This document shows, in pieces, positions 57,457 through 64,000 of a stretch of 64,000 nt of DNA. The stretch is from Octopus vulgaris. Taxonomy: Eukaryota. Both the position numbers and the translations under genes were made by a program. The stretch is from positions 8,308,001 to 8,372,000 of the forward strand of contig OX597821.1 in NCBI GenBank assembly GCA_951406725.2, in the 5' to 3' direction. Below the pieces are notes generated by a model. The model was not told where the DNA came from. It ran no database searches and saw only the letters and a program-made list of their open reading frames with translations. How positions within the stretch are numbered: the stretch's first letter is position 1; each line of letters starts with the position of its first letter.

Positions 57457-58019
57457 TTCCGGTTTTCGTAGAGGAAAGACGTGTTTGCTTTTGCTCTGTG
57501 AAAAAACAAAAAGGTTTGCATAAATCGACGAAATGATCTACTAAAAGTAACAAAACGTAGAACTTGTTAACTCATAAAGTCTACTTAAATACATTAATTA
57601 AAAATATATTAATTAAAAACGTAATATATTTTCCTTGAAGCCAAATATAATACACTAAAGTTAGTTACGCATGCTAGAATCTTCGCCGAAAAAGCACGTC
57701 GTGGCAAGTCTTTAATTTATCTCCAGCCAAAAGTAAGAAGGAAAAAGAATTGTTTTCTTTTCTGTTGTGAAAGAAAACTTCTTCGTACAAGCACGAGGGT
57801 TTGGACTGTACCTTTTATGATAAGTATTGTTTTCATATTTTTGTTTATTATTTTTTTTTCCTTTAATGTAAGCTAACATCTCAGTTACGATTTACGACAC
57901 CATCAATGTTTACATTCTGAGAATAACTTTCTTTCAATTTCTGTTTCGCTTTCATATGTTTATTTTCCCGTAATTAGTTTAGAATTAAATAATTCCTTCT
58001 TTTCCTCACTTTCTTCTAC

Positions 58020-58085
<66 letters not shown>

Positions 58086-58099
58086 CACATATATATATA

Positions 58100-58237
58100 T
58101 ATATAGAGACGCGAACATTAGAAGTATAGTCGCAATTAGTTTAGTTTACATTCTTTAATAATCTTTCGGTCTCTGTTTCAGCTCCGTTACATCTCTCTAA
58201 AATTATTCAATTTTAGATAGGCATATATTTATTTGTT

Positions 58238-58281
<44 letters not shown>

Positions 58282-61200
58282 CTCAGCCCCTCAATCTCCC
58301 TAAATATATAGACGCGAACATTAGAAGTATAGTCGCAATTAGTTTAGTTTAGAAGAAAACGTTTGTAGCTACGGTCAGGTATATATATTTATAATTTACA
58401 TCCTGTTAATAATCTTTCATTTTCTATTTCAGCTTTCCTGTGAATAATCTTTCATTTTCTTAATCTTTCATTTTCTATTTCTGCTTCGTAACCTCCTCTC
58501 TTTCTTTTCTTTCTCTCTCTGTCTCTTCACTTCTTTCTTCTCTCAGCTGTTCAATCTTTCCTTGTCTCTTCACTTCTCCACTTCTCTCTGTCACACCATC
58601 TTTCCTCTCTCAGCCTCTCAATTTTTCTAAATATATAGTCGCGAACTTTCCTCTCTTACTCTCTTCTTATCTTCTCTCAGCTCTCAATCTCTCTAAATAC
58701 ATAGACCACTTTCTTTCTCTATTTCTTCTCTACCCTCTATCACACTATTAAATTTTAAATATAATTAGATAGGTAAATAAATAAGATATCCAAAATGTCC
58801 AGAACCTGGAGAAGTAACGAATTGGCGTTGTTCCTGAGAGCCTGACAATACGCCGACGGAGACAACATAATTACAGCTGCGCTGAAGAGCAGTGGATATA
58901 AAAGGACAATAGCTCAGATAGAGCGAAAGAAGCAGGAGTTTATACGCTCCTATGCACTCATAAGATCTCACATTGGCACGCTTGATGCCATCTTTGAAAA
59001 CGAACAAAGTAAAGATGGCAAGGATGGAGACGCGGGTGCTGATGAAAGAAGTCACCACCACTTGGTAGACACCCAGGAAGAAGATTCAAGTGAGAAACCT
59101 GCCCGGGAAGTAAAGCCAAGTGCAAGTGCTCCTACCAGCACCAAAAGCCATGGAGATGAAAGAGCCAAAAAAGAAATAAAAGGAGGAAAAACTAAAAGAA
59201 AAACAAAAGATGAAACAGCCAAAGAAGGAAAAACTAAAACTCAAACAAAACCAAAAAATGAAACAGCCAAGGATAGAAGCAAACCTGACTATTCATGTAC
59301 AAAAAAGGATGGAAACACAGCGCACACAGGTGTGTAGGTTCTACCTGAGAGGTGTCTCCTGGCATGGAGAGAAAGGTGCAGGCTGCCGTTTTGCACATCG
59401 GGGACCCTGCCACAGAAACACGAAACAGGTCAGAAACCAACTACCAAAAGGAAAAGGGATGGACCACGCACCACCTGCCCCAAAACGGAGGTACGTAGAT
59501 GTGGTGCGTGCTACAAACCGCCAACATGTTATTGAAAGGGCAGCTGCTGAACAAGAATCTTTTTTGTGCATGGCACAAAAGATTGTACAGCAGCTAACCT
59601 GGCTCCATCAAACTCAAACTCGCAGATGGGACTATCCACAATACACAAGACCGCCACAGCAAATAGACCCAAGGTGGACACCGCTGGCAACAGCATACAC
59701 CTCACCTTGATGCTCCTACTGAACATCAGAGGACTGCTAACACTCAGTAACAGGACAAAAATCCCGTTATTGAGAGACTTTGTTGCATGCAATCAAGCCT
59801 TATGCATAGCACTTACGGAAACACACCTGAAACCGGACATAGCAGATGCGGAAATACACATACCACAGTATGTTGTACTACGGACCGACAGAAAAGAAAG
59901 GAGTCATGGAGGAGTTGCTATGTACATCCGTGAGGACCTCACCCCCAGGTCCTTTTGTCATACTCAAATTCGGTGTGTGACACACTAATTGTACATATAA
60001 GGCAACTTGGTGTTAGTTATATGTGCTACATATCGCCCTCCAGATGCCCCAAGCCATGTAGGCAAGTTTGAAGACTGCCTTATAAAAATAGAAGAAGTTC
60101 TAGTCACATTAGAACAACACATAAGTGTACTTCTTATGGGAGACTTCAATCTACCCAATGTCAGATGGCCCGAGGGCCTTTCTCTCCCAGGAATGACACG
60201 ATGTGAACGAGGACAGGCGAGGTCCCTCCTGAACCTCATCAACACTCTGTACATGGAGCAAGTAATACTCCAACCAACCAGGGCAGGTAACATACTGGAT
60301 CTCTGCTTCACAAATAATATGGATCTTATCCATAATGTGAAAGTGACACCGACACTACTCTCGGATCACAACATGGTAGAGCTGACCATGTACGGGCCAA
60401 AGGAAAGCATGGACATGCAGCCTACAAGAAACTCTCAGAATCTTTCCAGCTTGAACTTCCATAAGGCAAACTGGAAACAAATTGAGAAAGAGATCCTCAA
60501 ACAAAACTGGCCTGAATGTCTATCCTCGCCAGACATCGACATGAAACTTCAACAATTCATGTCTGTAATGCAAGCCATATGCTACAAATGTGTCCCAGAG
60601 AGAAAGGCCACTGTACACAAGAGCAAAATCCCCAGAGAGAGGAAAATTCTAATGAGACGGCGTACAAAAGTTTCAAATCGCCTAAACAAACAAATTGAAA
60701 GCAGTGAAAAGTCCCGCCTGAAAATAAAACTGTTGGAAATTGAAAAATGTCTGCAACTCTCCCATGAAAAAGAAAGAGCAGACAAAGAAGCCTGGGCTAT
60801 AGACAACATAAAATCTAACCCCAGAGCTTTCTACAGGTATGCCAAAGAAACAGCTACGGTGCACTGTAGGATAGGGCCATTCCTTGAAAAGGATGGCACA
60901 CTCACAGGAAATCCAATGAGGGTAAGTGAAATACTAAATGAGCAATTCAAGAGTATTTTCACGCCACCCCTAGGGCATTTTCAAGTCAGCAATCCAACTG
61001 ACTTCTTTACCACTGCAGATATAAAATCAGAGGCAACGATGATTGATTACATCAATATAAAGGAAGACGATGTAATAAAGGCTATTGATGAAATGAAAAA
61101 AAACTCAGCTACTGGCCCCGATGGATTCCCAGCAATCTTTCTAAAAGTATGTAAGAGAGTCCTAGCAAGACCACTGCAGTTCCTCTTTCAGAGCTTCCTT

Positions 61201-62770
61201 GCAACTGGCAAACTTCCAAGAAAACTGAAGGAAGGTAAAATATGCCCTATTCATAAAGGAGGTAGCAGAGCGGAGGCCAAGAACTACAGACCTATCTCTC
61301 TGACCTCACACATCAGCAAGGTCATGGAACGAATAGTCAGAAGGAAACTAATCACCTTCCTTGAAGAAAATGACTTGCTGCCTGACACCCAACATGGTTT
61401 CCGACCAGGAAGAAGCTGCTTAACTCAGCTCCTACAACACTATGACTGGGTGCTGAAACGACTGCTCAACCACTCAAATGTGGAAGTCATATATCTCGAC
61501 TTTGCAAAGGCCTTTGATAAAGTCGATCATGGAATGATATGTCACAAACTGCGTGATCTTGGCATAGTTGGAAAATTGGGAGAATGGCTTCATGACTTTC
61601 TGAAGGATAGAAGTCAGGTGGTAGTAGCCAATGGGGCCACTTCCATTAACACGCAAATAGTGAGCGGTGTTCCGCAAGGCACTGTTCTGGGACCACTATG
61701 TTCATAATGGCCCTCTCAGACATGCCCTCAGCCACGCAGAGAGCCACGATCACAAGTTATGCAGATGATACAAAAGTTTCACAGGCAATACAGAACCCTG
61801 AAGACACTAAGCACCTGCAATGTGAGCTGGACAAAATATACAAGTGGGCTGAAAAGAATAGCATGCAGTTCAATGCTGAAAAGTTTCAAGCTTTATGCTA
61901 TCAGCATGCAAAACTAAATGCAATACCCAATAAATACACTGGACCTGGAGGGATTGCAATCCCAGAGGCACAATCAGTGCGAGACCTGGGTATTTACATG
62001 AGTGATGATGCAACCTTTCATGTGCATGTTGCTAAATTGGCAATGAAATGTAGGCGGCTGACCGGATGGATTCTTAGAACCTTTAGAACAAGAGACCAGG
62101 AAACCATGATGGTCCTCTGGAGGACACTTGTCCTAAGCCACTTTGACTATTGCTCTCAGCTATGGTCACCATCCAGTGTCAAGTTGATCACAGGACTTGA
62201 GGCGATCCAACAGAGCGACACGAAGAATATAGCCTCTGTGCAGCATATAAGCTATTGGGAAAGACTCAATAGATTGAGACTCTATTCCTTAGAGCGTAGG
62301 CGAGAAAGATATGCCATAATATACATCTGGAAGATCCTAGAAGGACTTGTCCCAAACTTTGGCATCGAGAGTTACGCAAATGCCAGAACTGGGCGCCACT
62401 GCATAGTGCCAAGGACTCCAAATTTGCCATCAAGATGTAGGACAAGATACTGTGATAGCCTGGGCTTCCGAGGCCCACAGCTCTTCAATATCCTCCCGAA
62501 GAACCTAAGAGACCTGCATGGGGTGGATGCAGATGTCTTTAAAATGAAACTGGATCTCTTCTTGTCAGGTGTCCCAGATGAACCAATTTCACGGCAGGAG
62601 GTGCAGATGAGGGCAGCTGCATAGAACTCTCTCATGCACCAGATGGCATTTGCTAAAAAGCATTCGTGAGTAAAATCATGTAGCAACACCAAATGGCGGT
62701 GCCCCAGCATGGCCAGAGCTTGTGAGCTGAAACTAAATAAAATAAAAAATAAAATAAAAATTTTTTTTTA
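58100..62770 (+). mobile_element. Near full-length CR1-group LINE: CT-rich 5' UTR, ORF1 with CCCH-type finger, ORF2 APE endonuclease plus RT with frameshifts
   Basis: LNIRG, LTETHL, GGVAMY, YRPP, GDFN, SDH; NYRPISLTS, QHGF, YLDFAKAFD, GVPQG, YADD; (TAAAA)n tail. The 5' boundary is approximate. Confidence 0.93.
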
Positions 62771-62787
62771 AATAAAATAAAAATATA

Positions 62788-62834
<47 letters not shown>

Positions 62835-62867
62835 CTTTATTTAAAGCAGCAGAAAATTCAACAAAAT

Positions 62868-62905
62868 CTGTTACTCTGAGTTTCTCGTTGCCGTTCATCA
62901 GACAG
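62868..62905 (-). ncRNA. Minimal type I hammerhead ribozyme in a pLTR-like repeat
   Basis: CTGT-CTGATGA-a-CG-GCAA-CG-a-GAAA-CTCAGAG-TA-ACAG. Its downstream tail also occurs at 1699-1736 (+). Confidence 0.8.
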
Positions 62906-64000
62906 TATTTGCTAGAATGGAACCGATATATCAATTCAATCTAGACTCTTACAAACGCTACACCTTTAAAAAAATGGACGTGTTTGATTGGCCCTTTAGA
63001 AATAACGGTCAATCTTCGAGCGATAAACAAAAAAAGCTCAAAAATATATGTATATATATATAAAAAATTATAAAAATTATAAAATTCGAGGAAAGAAACC
63101 TTACATTGAATAAAATACATATTGACGTTAATGAAGAAAGTATAATTAATGCATAGAAATTAAAACCTATTATAAATGTTACACTGCAATACATATTTAT
63201 ATTAAAGTGTACATATATATATCAACATACACAGAAGGATGCGTGCAAACGCCATACATATACAGACGTATAAATATAAATCTAAAATATACACATAAAT
63301 GCATGCGTACATATATGCACGCAATCTATCTCGCACGCAAGTTAAAATCATCGATGTAGCGATTCTCATATACTGAGTAAAGCTTAAGTAAGGGGGACGT
63401 AAAGTTGTATCAGTATCAGTTAGAGAAAAAAACGAAAGAAAGGAAGAGAGAGAAAAAGAAACGAAGAAGGGGAAGGAAAAAAGAAAAAGGAGGGGTGGGG
63501 AAAAAACGAAATAAGAAAAATTATGTATACAAGCTGTGTAACCTCTTTATTGACATATATGGAGACAAGTATACAAATACACAAGTTCGAATGGATACAT
63601 ACACATACAGTCGTGTATATGTGTGCTTAAGCACAAACATACGCTCACTTACACATACACAGATACGCATGCTTACAAATACATATCCATGGCTATACAC
63701 ATACTTATATCAAAATTCTAATTTTTGACAACATTGCTTTTTTTAAAAAAAGTGAGTGCAATAATAAAAAATATATACGAAAGACATGTAAAATAAAATA
63801 TAACACCCTATTTTGGATCATCTATAAATTAAAAATCAAGGTAATCCTATACAATACAATAACATGAAATAAACAAAGTCGAAGGTTTTTCCTAATGTAT
63901 ATGTAGAAATATAAGACTTTGCTATACGGAATGAAATCTGCATAGCGCGAAACAAAATCCATCGTAGCGTTTACATACTAGTTCAAGAGTCAAAATCAAA

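Overview
AT-rich, microsatellite-saturated animal genomic DNA. The SINE families, repeat landscape and gene content suggest an octopus or other coleoid cephalopod (inference). Host genes on + strand: (1) the last three coding exons of a monoamine oxidase (721-832, 6623-6685, 10153-10296); (2) the first coding exon of a GT32-type type II membrane glycosyltransferase (52104-52743), whose remaining exons were not found in the window. The rest is mostly mobile DNA: tRNA-derived SINEs and a CR1-group LINE sharing their 3' tail, R4/Dong and RTE LINE fragments, mariner/Tc1/hAT/Helitron/Gypsy remnants, and many Penelope-like element (PLE) pieces. The most striking structure is a set of hammerhead-ribozyme (HHR) motifs. 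Some sit in PLE terminal repeats, some stand alone, and some lie in small non-coding palindromes that carry an HHR on each strand; one of these has a compensatory G3-C8 catalytic core. Nearly all listed ORFs made of IY/HT/CV/II runs are microsatellite artefacts. Coordinates and alignments were done by eye.
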